Positions 12,237-25,405 of a DNA stretch of 64,000 bases are shown here, piece after piece. The notes below the pieces were generated by a model. The model was given only the letters and a program-made list of their open reading frames with translations. It was not told the DNA's origin and did no database searches. A program made the translations under genes and the position numbers. The stretch covers positions 25,916,001-25,980,000 of the forward strand of contig OX597829.1 in assembly GCA_951406725.2 (NCBI GenBank), in the 5' to 3' direction. Each line of letters starts with the position of its first letter. The first letter of the stretch is position 1. The DNA comes from Octopus vulgaris (lineage: Eukaryota).

Positions 12237-14850
12237 AAGACCCGGCTATGGTGTTTTTATGTGCCCCCGACACAGGTGCCAGATGAGGCTGGCGAACGGC
12301 CACGATCGGATGGTGTTTGTTATGTGCCCACAGCACGGAGGCCAGTCGATGCGGTACTGGCTACGGCCACGTTCGGATGGTTTTCTTGTGTGCCACCGGC
12401 ACTGGTATCACAAAGATACAAATTCCATTGATGTTCATCTATTTTGATTTGTTTTGATTTTCACTTGCCTCAAAAGGTCTTCACAAGTGTCACAAGAAGG
12501 AAGGTATGCACAGGTGGACTGACTACGTCCCAGGTAGGGGCCACGGGTTATGGCCTGACTAGTCTTGCCGGGTCTTCGGATGGTGTTTTTATGTGCCAAC
12601 GACACAGGTGCCATCGGATGGTGTTTGTTACGTGCCCACAGAACGGAGGCCAGTCGATGCGGTACTGGCTACCGCCACGTTCGGATGGTTTTCTTGTGTG
12701 CCACCGGCACTGGTACCACAAAGATACAAATTCCATTGATGTTCATCTATTTTGATTTGTTTTGATTTGATTTGATTTGATTTTCACTTGCCTCAACAGG
12801 TCTTCACAAGTGTCACAAGAAGGAAGGTATGCACAGGTGGACTGAATACGTCCCAGGTAGGGGCCACGGGTTATGACCTGACTAGTCTTGCCTGGTCTTC
12901 TCACGCACAGCATACTTCCATAGGTCTCGGTCTCTAGTCATTTCCTTAGTGAGACCTAAAGTTCGAAGGTCGTGCTTCACCACCTCGTCCCAGGTTTTCC
13001 TGGGTCTACCTCTTCCACAGGTTCCCTCAACTGCTAGGGTGTAGCACTTTTGCACACAACTATCTTCAGCCATTCTCGTCACATGACCATACCAGCGCAG
13101 CCGTCTCTCTTGCACACCACAACTGACGCTTCTTAGGTTCAACTTTTCTCTCAAGGTACTTACACTCTGACGATTATGAACACTGACATTACACATCCAT
13201 CGGAGCATACTGGCTTCATTTCTTGCGAGCTTACGCATATCCTCAGCAGTCACGGCCCATGTTTCACTGCCATGTAGCATGACTGTACGTACACATGCAT
13301 CATACAGTCTGCCTTTTACTCTGAGCGAGAGGCCTTTTGTCACCAGCAGGGGTAAGAGATCTCTAAACTTTGCCCAGGCTATTCTTACTCTAGCAGTTAC
13401 ACTTTCAGCACACCCACCCCCGCTACTGACTTGGTCTCCTAGGTAGCGGAAGCTATCAACTACTTCTAGTTTTTCCCCCTGGAACGTGGTAGAAGTTGGT
13501 CTCTGCATATTTCCAGTGTTTATTGCTCCTGAGCATCTGCCACAGACAGTTAGCCTTCCTAGTTAGCCTTCCTTTGACATTGCTGCACCTCTTATGTGTC
13601 CATAGCTTACACTTGGTGCACCTTATAGAGTTTCTACCTACACCTTTTTTACAGATCGAGCAGGGCCATCTACCTGAAGTCGTTTGTGGTTGGTCCACCT
13701 TCCTACTTATTAGGACTTTGGTTTTGGCTAGGTTGATTCTAAGGCCCTTCGATTCTAATCCTTGTTTCCACACCTGAAACTTCTCCTCCAGTTCTGATAG
13801 TGACTCAGCAATTAGAGCAAGGTCATCAGCATAGAAGAGCTCCCAGGGGCATCCTGTCTTGAATTCCTCCGTTATTGCCTGGAGGACTATGATAAATAGG
13901 AGGGGACTGAGGACTGAACCTTGGTGGACCCCAACCTCTACCCGGAATTCTTCACTGTACTCGTTGCCAACCCTCACCTTACTAGCAGTGTCTCTGTACA
14001 TGGCTTGCACAGCTCTCACTAACCATTCATCTATCCCTAGTTTCCTCATTGACCACCAGATAAGGGATCGGGGGACCCTGTCAAAGTCAACAAAAGCCAG
14101 GTACAAGGGCTTATCTTTGGCTAGGTATTTCTCCTGCAGCTGTCTTACCAGGAATATAGCATCAGTAGTACTTTTCCCTGGCACGAACCCAAACTGCATA
14201 TCATCTAAGCTAACTCTCTCCTAATTAGTTGGGCTATAACCCTCTCCGTAACCTTCATTACCTGATCCAGCAGCTTGATGCCCCTGTAGTTATTTGTATC
14301 TAGGGCGTCGCCTTTACCTTTGTAGCAGTTGACTATTATGCTGCTACACCAGTCATTGGGTATGACTCCTTCGTGTATCACCTGGTTAACTATACGGGTG
14401 ACTAAGCTATAGCCGACACTACCAGATATTTTGAGCATCTCTGCAGTAATTCCTGATGGGCCTGGGGCTTTCCCTGTTTTCATGCTTCTAATTGCCTTAT
14501 CTACTAAGGAACTGTTAACTTCGGATTACTGGTCCCTCTGTTGGGTCGACATTCGGCAGACTCTCTTTATCCCATTCATTTTCCTCATTCAGCAACCTTT
14601 CATAGTGGCGTCTCCAAGCCTCTCTCTTTGCATCCTCATTTAGCGCAAGTGAACCGTCATCCTTGCGAACACATTTCTCTCCTACCACGTCACGATTCTC
14701 TCTCACACACTATCTTGCAACACGAAATACCTCAAGTCTTTCATTCTCACGGCGCAGGACATTGGCAAATTTTTCCTTATCTGCCTCCCCTCTGGCTATA
14801 TAGACCTGTCTCCTAGCTTCCCTTCTGGCAGTCTGATACACTTCCCTGCT
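12237..14850 (-). mobile_element. Second young RTE LINE abutting the first; 3' UTR internally duplicated, terminal tail missing
   Basis: ORFs 14205-14483, 13456-14199 (LFYADD) and 12882-13508, with a few frameshifts; UTR block 12270-12575 repeated at 12576-12890. Confidence 0.95.
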
Positions 14851-14872
14851 ACATATATATATATATATACAA

Positions 14873-14913
<41 letters not shown>

Positions 14914-14989
14914 AGTATATATATATATAAGTTGTCCCATTTTTGTATCACCTAACTGTCTGGATGTTTTGTGTTTTTGTCCCATTTTG

Positions 14990-15024
<35 letters not shown>

Positions 15025-15049
15025 AGGGAGTGGACAAACAAAAGAAGGG

Positions 15050-16230
15050 CACTCAACAAATTTATTGAGTTACATGTATGGATCAAAACAGTTAGACTCA
15101 AATTTGTTGGTGCTCTGAGTTTCAAGCATGATGCTAATCTTTAGCCATTTTGAATTTGAATGAGAGAAGTTGATTGTTATTGCCATAAAGTGGGCTGTGA
15201 TTGGTTGACGAAGGTCTGCAGTGTGATGGCTTAATGTTGGTATATTAACGACAACAGTTACTTGGAAAATACCACATGGTGAACAGGAAATCAATTGCAT
15301 GGTGGACAAGAACTCAGTTGCTTTGTTGGCGGGGAAGTAGGAAGGGGCAGTATGAGCAAGTATATAGTTGTATATGTAAGTGTGTGGATGAGCTCATATG
15401 ATTTTGTATGCATGCCTGTATTGATGTGAGCATGTACATCTGTACAAGGGCATGCAACTCACCACCACTACATATGAATGATCATGTACATGTGCATACA
15501 CACACACATATATGTGTATACACACATATGTATACACATGCACACACACATGCATATTAATTTATAGGTACATATGTATATATGCATGTATGCATATCAG
15601 TGTGCTTGTGCATACATGTACTTGTGCACACATGCATACATGTGTATACATGTGCATAACAAGTGTTGGGGATTGATAAGCATCAGGAACTGGTAAGCAT
15701 CGGGGATTGGTAATTGGTGGTCCTGCTCCAGGTGTTGGCTGGTGACGGTAACCTTGGCACAGGTGGTGCAGGGTAGCAGCTGGTACTTAGGTGGTATATC
15801 CAGGATGTTGGTGATCAAAGGCTTGAAATGTACCAGACAAGTATACCTCTAGTGACAGCAATAAGATAAATTGTATTTCTTGTTGATGGATACTGTGGGT
15901 TGTTGGAGGATATGCAGTTTTTTGAGGAGGCAGTGCTGGCAATTGGAGGCAGCAGGTGAATGTGGTGACACTCTGTTGACAATAGTCCACTTGATGCTGA
16001 GTATTTTGTCTCAGAGATCACGGAGTCTCCAATGAAAACGAGACAGGGAAATAGAGTTCTCTCTGTCCCTGGGTCTGAATGAGTGCATATTCTAGGAATA
16101 GTTTCCCTTGAAGTCATTAGCTTTCATACCTGTATAGTGCCTAGTAATGCCAACGGATGGTGTAAGGATGACTCTGTATATTATGATCCTTGAGAGGCAG
16201 GATCCTTCTAGAGGTTGCAGGTTGAGATTA
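15050..16230 (-). mobile_element. Highly decayed Penelope-like element remnant (GIY-YIG region)
   Basis: LISCSPCGIF...PITAHF...LETQS resembles the PLE GIY-YIG domain; PCTTC resembles the linker CxxC. Weak similarity only. Confidence 0.4.
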
Positions 16231-16235
16231 GTGTG

Positions 16236-16276
<41 letters not shown>

Positions 16277-16460
16277 TATCAGTTTGAAAATATAGCCACA
16301 AAACACGTGTAGTCTTTTTACTAATTATTTACTATTTATTTATTTATTATTTTGTACTTTATTTAGTTCTAGGTAAATGTTTTATCATATATTTAATTTT
16401 TTTCTATATGGTATGATTTAATTATATCATTGTTGAATTGCTACATGGTGGTTCTTCTCT

Positions 16461-16517
<57 letters not shown>

Positions 16518-16564
16518 GACATTCATGGTAATATATATATGTATATGTATATGAACACAACATA

Positions 16565-17430
16565 TACATCATTGGCTTGTCCCTTGAATCTGAGGATTGA
16601 TTTCCCCTGGATGAGTATTTGGACCATTAATGCTAGTAGCGAATGTGACTAATGAGGCTAATCTTCATGTAGAACATTCAATTACATTGGCCACATGTGA
16701 ATATCAGAGTTGGTTGTGGTTGCTACTGTCTGGCCTTCTATTGCCTCTCCTCCTCATTGTCTCCCCTCCTCTGTTTTTATTCTTTTTCTTTCAAACAATA
16801 ATATGATATTGTTTATGTTTTGTTGGTAGTCAGGATGGTTGCTTATGATTGTCTCAAAAGCCAGTGGGCTGAAGCTCTTCTGCTTCAGAGTTGACTTTAG
16901 TTTATCTTATTTGTATCGAAGAAGAGTACCTCTTTGTCTTTTCTTGGTTGCCAGTTTGTTGAAGAGGATTTTATTTGATGTTTGATGATTAGGGATTCAG
17001 TTCTCTGACTATTCACTCCTTCTATCACAGACAGCATTATTAAAGACATAGTCAAACCACTTGATGTTCAAGAGAGAGTGAAGTGTCAGTTGATGAAAGC
17101 ATTCAAGTTTTTCTGTGTTGTGACAGTACAAAGTTCAAGTTTCACATTCATATAAGAGCATGATATACTAAAATTTTCATCTTCAAAGTTAGGTCATTAT
17201 TTTTGAATACACATTTTGTTAGTTTACTGAAATTGAGTAAGTCTAAGGTTCCATGGGATGCTTGGAAACCCTTTTGGAATTCTAGAAAGACTCTTTCCTT
17301 GATGAGATGACCTGGAAACAGTTTAAGAGTATTTGAGTAAAGATCTTTCCTCCAAAGTAAGTAATGAGATTCCATGACAGTTTCTGTGAGATTTTCTATC
17401 TTGAATATACTGATGACAGCTTGCTTGTGA
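16565..17430 (-). mobile_element. Decayed BovB-like RTE C-terminus
   Basis: VFKNNDLTLKMKILVYHAL, LLNIKWFDYVFN and a terminal FTCGQC...ISLISHIR zinc-finger-like remnant. Confidence 0.6.
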
Positions 17431-17624
17431 TCATTTGAGATCTAACCTGCTTCCCATATCTTTTATGCCTACATGTACATATAAATACCTGCACACTGTA
17501 AAATATATATCATTGGCTTCTACATTAAAGCCCGTCAAACACCTTTTTCAATTGTCCCCATCCTTGTCACTCACCTCTGTATCATCCAAATCTCACATCA
17601 CATATCTCTTTCACCCATGCCTCC

Positions 17625-17635
17625 ATTTCTCTCAC

Positions 17636-17704
<69 letters not shown>

Positions 17705-17734
17705 TTCTCTCTCTCTCTCTCTCTCTCTCTTTTG

Positions 17735-17772
<38 letters not shown>
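17625..17772. repeat. (CT)n/(CTTT)n microsatellite
   Basis: Direct reading. Confidence 0.95.
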
Positions 17773-18314
17773 GAGTTATCATCCTGGATGTATTGTAGGT
17801 TTGTCTAACATCCTGGGTGTTTGTTTGGGGTGTCATTCTGAGAAGGTAAGAGACAGCGACATCCTGGGTGGGTTGTATATCTGTTTCAGGCAACATCATT
17901 GGTTAATAGCTAGCTGTGATAATGGCTCCTGGTCATTTCTCAAAAAACTAAACGCAAAGGTTGCATTGCCAGTTAAGACACACACTTTGAGACACAAAGT
18001 AAAAAAAGTTTTTTGATGGGCTTAGGTAACTGAGGCACAATGTAGCAATCAGGCCAGAGTTCAGTTTTTGATGGATTTGGATGGGTGCTTGATTCCAAGT
18101 AAATGAGTGCAACTTTTCAGTTCAGTTATTCAGGGCAAACAGGACAGAAACGTGGTTGACTTTTGTGCCTCCTTCAATGGACAGCTATAGCTCTCAGCAG
18201 ATGATACAGAGTGCTGTGAAAAACCAATAATAGCTACTGAAACATGAATGACTATTAGTGCATCTATGTTATGCAGATCACCTAGTTTAGATAGTTTGTC
18301 TTATGAACTTTACT

Positions 18315-18612
18315 CACTGGCGAAAATAAATTTAAGACCAATGATAAAAGCTTTATTTCTTACAAAATATTTTATTACTAACACCATACAAATTATTTTT
18401 ATCTTTTACACCTATGCAGAATTTATCTCTCTTTTGAATGATGCAGACAATAACTATTTTTATACAACTTGAAGAATTCCAATGCTAAATTAATATAAAC
18501 GTTTCAAATTTACTGGCAAAATTAGTTTAAGACCATGTTATATGTACACAATTTTTTTTGCCAAAATGGGTGGTCATACAACTAGCCTAACTTAAATTTA
18601 TTTTTGCTAGTG
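18315..18612. mobile_element. Tc1/mariner-type MITE
   Basis: CACTGGCGAAAATAAATTTAAG ... CTTAAATTTATTTTTGCTAGTG|TA, TIRs of about 22 bp. Confidence 0.7.
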
Positions 18613-19404
18613 TATATATCTACCCCATCTTTATATATAATGCAGGGTGCCCTTGTATCGCCTCTATTGCCAGACACCTGAGCTTGTCCCTCCAGCACAC
18701 TTTAAGCTTTCAACATCTGGCATGAAACCATCACACTTCCTCCTCCTCTTCTCTAATACTAACCTCACCAGTTAGTTGAGGAAGCTTTTTCTTTTCCTCC
18801 TTCTTTCCCTGTTCTTTTTTGTCATGCCAGGCCCACGAAAAATTCACCCCATACACTCTGTAAAGTGGTTGGCATTTGGAGGGGCATCCAGCTGTAGAAA
18901 CTGTAGCAATGCTGACTTTGGAGCTTCACCACAGCTCTGTAGTTTGCTGGATCCTGTCAAACCGTCCAACTCATACCTGCATGGAAAGTGGATGTTAAGT
19001 GATGATGATGGAGATGATGTTTTCATGCTTGTATCTGTTAGGTGGAATGTGTTGATGCAGATTTTTTTTGCAGCTGGATGTTTTTCTGTCGCTAACTCTT
19101 GTTTCCAAGCAAGGCAATATTTCTCCATGGTCAGATATGTTTTTCATGGAAGACTGGAAAAGGACAACAATGCTTGTATGACAGTGATTCTCATTTACAG
19201 TCATCATGTGATGTTAAGACAAAGGGATACATGCATACACACACACACACATGCGCCCACACACAACATATGTATATGTGTATTTGTGTATAAATTAACA
19301 ACTGAACTTATGTGTATGCATAAGTGTGTTTGTTTCTTTCCACTTCTATCTTGGCATTGTTTATATGTTAAAGCATGAAACAAATATCACCAATAAAGTG
19401 CAGG

Positions 19405-19760
19405 CATGGCTGTGTGATAAGAAGCTTGCTTCCCAAACTCATGGCGCCAGTTTCAATCCCACTGGTTGGCACCTTGGGCAAGTGTCTTCTACTTTGGCCT
19501 CAGGCCAACCAAAGCCTTGTGAGGGAATTTGGTGGATAGAAACTGAAAGAAGCTTATCCCATAAACATGTGAGCGTGTGTGTGTGTGTGTGTTTATGTCT
19601 GTCTTTGTCCCCCACCACTGCTTGACAACTGGTGTTGGTGTGTTTATGTCCCCCATAACTTAGTGGTTTGGCAAATAAGGCTGATAGAATAAGTGCAACC
19701 CTTCAAGGCAGTGCTCCAGCATGGCTGCAATCTGATGACTGAAAAATAAAAGAACAAAAG
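19405..19760 (+). mobile_element. SINE family A (tRNA head, CORE-like CCTTGGGCAAGT, CR1-type tail)
   Basis: Colinear with 36388-36791. Confidence 0.75.
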
Positions 19761-19974
19761 ACTTAGGTGGTGTTAATGTTTTATTTATATCTGCTGTAGA
19801 CATGTGTCCAGTCATTATACAGTTTGTCATGTAAAAGACCAAGGAAATAAATGCCTTACTTGGAAATAAGTAAGGGTTAGTGACAAAATGGACAAATGGT
19901 TATAGATTGTCAACTGATGCAGTACAGCTCAACCAATACCAACAAGCATGGGAAAACAAAAATGGACTTAAATA

Positions 19975-20005
19975 TAATGATGACGATGATGATGATGATG
20001 ATGAC

Positions 20006-20055
<50 letters not shown>

Positions 20056-20520
20056 CGACGACAACAATGGTGGTGGTGATGACGGTGGTGATGATGATGA
20101 TGCTGATGGTAGTGGTGGTGGTGGTGGTGGTGATTGTTGCCTTTGTTGTTGTGTGGTGGTGGTGGTGCTGGTGGTGGCGATGGTAGTGATAATAATAATG
20201 ATAGCAGAGGTAGCAGCAATGGTTGTTGTTGTTGTTGTTGTTGTTGTTGCTGTTGTTGTTGTGGTTGTAGTTGTGGTGGTAGTGGTTGTTATTGTGATGG
20301 TGGTGGTGGTGATTGTTGCCTTTGTTGTTGTTGTTGTGGTGGTGGTGGTGCTGGTGGTGGCGATGGTAGTGATAATAATAATGATAGCAGAGGTAGCAGC
20401 AATGGTTGTTGTTGTTGTTGTTGCTGTTGTTGTTGTGGCTGTAGTTGTGGTGGTAGTGGTTGTTATTGTGTTGGTGATGATGGTGATGGTGGTGATGATG
20501 GCGTTGCATGATGATAGTAA
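19975..20520. repeat. Compound trinucleotide repeat (GAT/GGT/GTT) with an internal ~185 bp duplication
   Basis: Block ggtgattgttgcctttg...gatagcagaggtagcagcaatgg occurs twice (about 20125 and 20305). Confidence 0.9.
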
Positions 20521-20876
20521 CAAATAAGTATAAATGATGAAAAATTATAGCTAACATCTCACAGCCAATGTCATATGCTTGGTCATGTTAAAACTATAAT
20601 GTACTGCAATAAAAGTATACATTCTGAATGTAATTTTAAACTTTACTACCCACCAAGGATTATGCTGAAAATATATAAAAGCTCAGAAATTTTATTGACT
20701 CACAAATATTTGGTTCAGACTGAAATCATAAAACATGAATAGATCTTTAGGTTAAAAATATACACATATTCTTCAGTGAAAAAGAAAAATGTTCAAAAAC
20801 AATATTAAATAGCAGTTACTTAGGAATTTAAATGCTGTTAAATCATGCCAGTGGCACCCAGATTACCACAGATGAC

Positions 20877-20910
20877 AAGTCACAGGTCAAAGGTCATAGG
20901 TCACAGGTCA
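20877..20910 (+). promoter_or_regulatory. Tandem DR1 nuclear-receptor half-site array (candidate RXR/HNF4/COUP-TF element)
   Basis: AAGTCA c AGGTCA a AGGTCA t AGGTCA c AGGTCA; function is inferred. Confidence 0.4.
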
Positions 20911-23114
20911 TATGGGTCCCTTCACTGACAGCAAAATTTTCCCTTCAAAACAATAAATATAAAATTGTTGAAACCAACTTTATATTTGATGACAATCAGA
21001 AGTGTTGATTTAAATATAAATATCCGGTGAATGCAGCATAATATTGGTTTTTAATGATGGAACTCCAGGTAGATAAAGCTATTAATAATAGTATGTAAAT
21101 ACTGGGTAAGAAAAAAATATGGCTAGAAAATGTCCAAGACTAAATAAAATGCGTAATATTATTTTGAAATTATTTAGTTCCAGTGTGATGTATATGTATA
21201 TCTGTAAGAATTAACCGTATGATTTTTATTGTATGGTTGCAACTTGAAACTTTGAGGCCTGGTGTCTGATAGAAAACAAGTTATTTATTGCAGACATTTT
21301 TCAGAACACTCTGAATAAGCCATTACTTTTAGTTGTTTAATGGTTACGACTTAACATCAGCTTTTAAAAGTTTTATTATGTATAATAAAATTAGTATTAA
21401 AATTGCTTTAAAACAGAGGTGAGTACACAAATTATGCTTTGTAACAAAGATATATACATACATTAGTGTAGTGGTACATTAAAAAATAACCAAGTTATTT
21501 AAGTATTCTGGTATTTTCTGACTCATATCAAAAACTTGTAACACACCTGTGATCCATACACAACATACAGGTGTGTCACAGTACAGGGACTTAAAATAGG
21601 TGAGTTAAAATGTTGCAGACATAAATGCAGTGAAGTGGCAGAATTGTTAACACATCAGACAAAATGCTTTGTGGCATTTCTTCTGGTTTTTATGTTCCAA
21701 GTTCAGAAGCTGCTAAGGTCGACTTTGTTTCTCATCCTTTCATTGTCAGTAAAATAAGTACCAGAGCATTGGGGTTGATGTAATTGACTGCCCGCGCCAC
21801 TAAAATTAGTAGCCTGGTACCAAAATTTGGAACCTTATGTTGGAACAATATATAACATGACAAGGCTGTAGAAATAGTTGAACACCAGACTATTCAGCTT
21901 TGTCCATCTCTATTATGAATTCAAATCCAACCAAGGCATAGTACTACAGACTGTAAAAATAAATACCTGGTAGATAATCTCAATATATTATGTTTATGTA
22001 ATAAATCCAAAGTAACGACTGAGTATATAGTGCATGTGTTTATTGGGTAAAAAAAAGAAAAGAAAGGAAAAGACCATTCTGAAATATATAACAATCTCAG
22101 TATAGCAAGTTTAATTCAGGGCGACAGTGAAATCTCTCACTTCTACTATCACTCCTGTAATTTACCTTTGAATCTACTTAATGAATATTTACTTAAACGT
22201 TACATAATAAGTTTTTACATGATGTTGATAGTTTTGAAGACAGATTTTTTTAATGACTAAAATGTTGGTCAAGAATATCAATGAATAATAGCAAACTTAA
22301 GTCTGTGACTTCAATCCATTGGAGATATTTCACTGAGTATCTGATGCAGATAACTTTATTCAATATAATAAAAAAAAAAAAGGAAATTGTTGTCAAAGAC
22401 AGAAATTCTATGAACTCTGACCGTTGGGTTGGTGAGAGTAAGTCATCTGCAGAATAGAGCCTCAGCCTCAATGTTTGTAATGGAATAGACTCTGCTAATG
22501 GTATGCCTTGACCGGGTGGTAGTGGTTGTTAATCTGAGTGGCAGATTAAATCAACAAAAGAACAAGAACAGTTCCACTGATGGATTTCCATAGATTCTGT
22601 CAACCAAATTCCACTCATGTAACTTTAGTTGATCTGAAGCCATAGCAGAAAATACTGGCACAAGATGTTGTACAATAGGATTGAATCTGAAAGCACTACT
22701 TTGGCTCACCCAAATGATATGCTTTAGAAATGTTACCCAAAATAGACTAGTGTCTTATCCAGGGTGAGGTTTGTCTTGCATCTGCTCTGTTGCTATGGAA
22801 ACAAAGCTAAGCACCAACACTCGTGAACACACATAGACTTAAGGTCAAGATGACATTTATATTCCATTACATTCTGAGAATGTTAATGAACTAACTAATT
22901 AATTTCAATGTAAATCAACATAGTAGTGTAAAATGGCTAATACTAATGCTACTGTATCAGTAGCTGATTCATTCTAAGTAATATGGAGTATTTCTTTTCT
23001 CACCAAATTGACTTTATTTAAAAATATCATTCTCGTAAACTATTGGTACCACCCAAGATATCAAAAGTGTCTGCACATTATTAATAAACAACTGTTATTA
23101 TTATCCTTTACATT

Positions 23115-24045
23115 AAGACGGCAAGTTGGCAGAATTGTCAGCACACTAAGCTAAATGCTTAGTGGCATTTTATCTGTCTTTATGTTCTGAGTTCAAATTC
23201 TGCCAAGGTCAGTTTTGCCTTTCATCCTTTTAGGGTCAATAAAATAAGTACCAGTTGGACACTGGAGTCAATGTAATTGACTTCCCCCTGCCTCTGAAAT
23301 TACTGGCCTTGTGCCAGAATTTCAAACAGTTATTATCATTTTCATTAAGGCAGAAAGCTGCCTTAATGCTTAGCAACATTTCATCTATCTTTAAATGCTA
23401 CTGAGGTCAGCTTTGTTTGTCATCCTCTTGGGGTTGATAAAATAAGTACCTATTTCTTTTTACTACCCACAAGGGGCTAAACACAGAGAGGACAATCAAG
23501 GACAGACAAATGGATTAAGTCAATTATATCGACCCCAGTGCGTAACTGGTACTTATTTGATCAACCCCGAAAGGATGAAAGGCAAAGTTGACCTCGGCGG
23601 AATTTGAACTCAGAGCATAATGGCAGATGAAATACCGCTAAGCATTTCGCCCAATGTGCTAACACTTTTGCCAGTCAATGTAATCAATTTACCCTCTCCA
23701 CAAAAATTGCCAGCCACATGCCAAAATTTGATACCAATGTAATCAACTAGCATCCTCCCCCAAATTTCAGACCTTGTGCCTATTTCAGAAAAGATTATTA
23801 TCATTATTATTGAAAAACAAAAGGCGGTGAGTTGGCAGAATCATTAGCATGCTGGGTAAAATGCATCTGTCCTTACATTCTGGGTTCAAATTTTGCCAGG
23901 GTTAACTTTGGCTATCCATCCTTGCAGGATTGATAAATTAAGTACCAGTGAAACACTGGGGTCAATATAGTCAACAAGTTCCCTCACCCAAAATTTAATG
24001 TAAATCAAAATATCTGGCACCTTGTGCCTATAGTATAAAGGATTA
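23115..24045. mobile_element. Cluster of SINE family B copies, including a nested opposite-strand copy at about 23451-23672
   Basis: Same A/B box and Meta-like core as 63822-64000. Confidence 0.75.
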
Positions 24046-24067
24046 TTATTATTATTATTATTATTAT

Positions 24068-25405
24068 TTGCCAGTCACCTAGTCACTACCGTTCTGGCAG
24101 ACACACTAGTCAAATTGACTACATCCTCACTGAAAAAGGGAAAGATGGCTTATAAATGCCAAAACTTTCCCAGGCGAAGAATGTACCCCACAACATAGAC
24201 TGGTAGTTAATGACTTCAGGATCAGGGCTAAGTGGATGCCCAGAAGACGACCAGCATGGAGGAGAAGGTTCTGGAAGATCCTGCAAATGGACAGAGATTT
24301 AGAGACATATTACTCGAAGCCTTTGATGAAATAGAAGGGGATATAGCTTCACACGATGTAGAAGACAACTGGAGGTTTCTATGGGACAACCTGCTGAGGG
24401 CCACTGACCAGATCTGTGGATGGTGCAAAGTCCCCTCTCGACCCAAAATAGTGTGGTGGTGGAACAATGTTGATAGGGCTATTAGAGAAAAGAAACAGGC
24501 TTGGAAGGACTGGAAGAACAGTAGTAGCAGGGAATTGTATCAGACTGCCAGAAAGGAAGCCAGGAGGCAAGTTTATTTAGCCAGAGGGGAAGCAGATAAG
24601 AAAAAATTTGCCAATGTTCTGCACCGTGAGGATCAAAGACTTGAGGTATTTCATGTTGCAAGACAGTGTGTGAGAGAGAATCGTGATGTTGTAGGGGAGA
24701 AATGTGTCCGCATGGATGATGGTTCTCTTGCACTAAATGAGGCTGTAAAGAGAGAGGTTTGGAGATGCCACTATGAAATGTTGCTGAATAAAGAAAATGA
24801 ATGGGAGAAAGAGAGTCTACCGAATGTCGACCCAACAGAGGAACCAGCTATCCGAGTTGACAGTACCTTGGTAGATAAAGCAATTAAGAGTATGAAGACA
24901 GGGAAATCCCCTGGCCCATCTGGAATTACTGCAGAGATGCTCAAAATATCTGGCGGTGTTGGCTATAGTCTAGTCACCCATATAGTTAACCAGGTGATAC
25001 ACGAAAGAGTTATACCCAATGACTGGTGTAGCAGCACCATAGTCAACTGCTACAAAGGTAAAGGTGACGCTTTAGATACAAATAATTACAGAAGTATCAA
25101 GTTGTTGGATCAGGTAATGAAGTTCACGGAGAGGTTCATAGCTTAACTAATTTGGGAGAGAGTCAGTTTAGATGAGATGCAGTTTGGGTTTGTACCAGGG
25201 AAAAGCACCAAGAATGCTATATTTCTGATAAGACAGCTGCAGGAGAAATACCTAGCCAAAGATAAACCTCTGAACCTGGCTTTTGTTGACATGGAGAAAA
25301 CCTTTGACAGGGTCCCCTGACCCCTTATCTGGTGGTCAATGAGGAAACTAGGGATAAATGAATGGTTAGTGAGAGCTATGCAAGCCATGTACAGGTACGC
25401 TGTCA
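24068..25405 (+). mobile_element. Internal RTE ORF fragment (end of endonuclease to RT N-half)
   Basis: QIDYIL and CTPQHRLV remnants, ORF 24232-25146, then QFGF...DMEKTFDRVP. Confidence 0.9.

Noticed and set aside
19880-20557. Poly-Asp/poly-Val/poly-Thr ORFs of about 215 aa
   Set aside because: Open in many frames on both strands because of trinucleotide repeats; begins inside a SINE tail.
21294-21605. Plus-strand splice signals (ttgcag acceptor, two GTGAGT donors)
   Set aside because: The intervening sequence is stop-rich and very AT-rich; cannot be separated from chance without RNA data.
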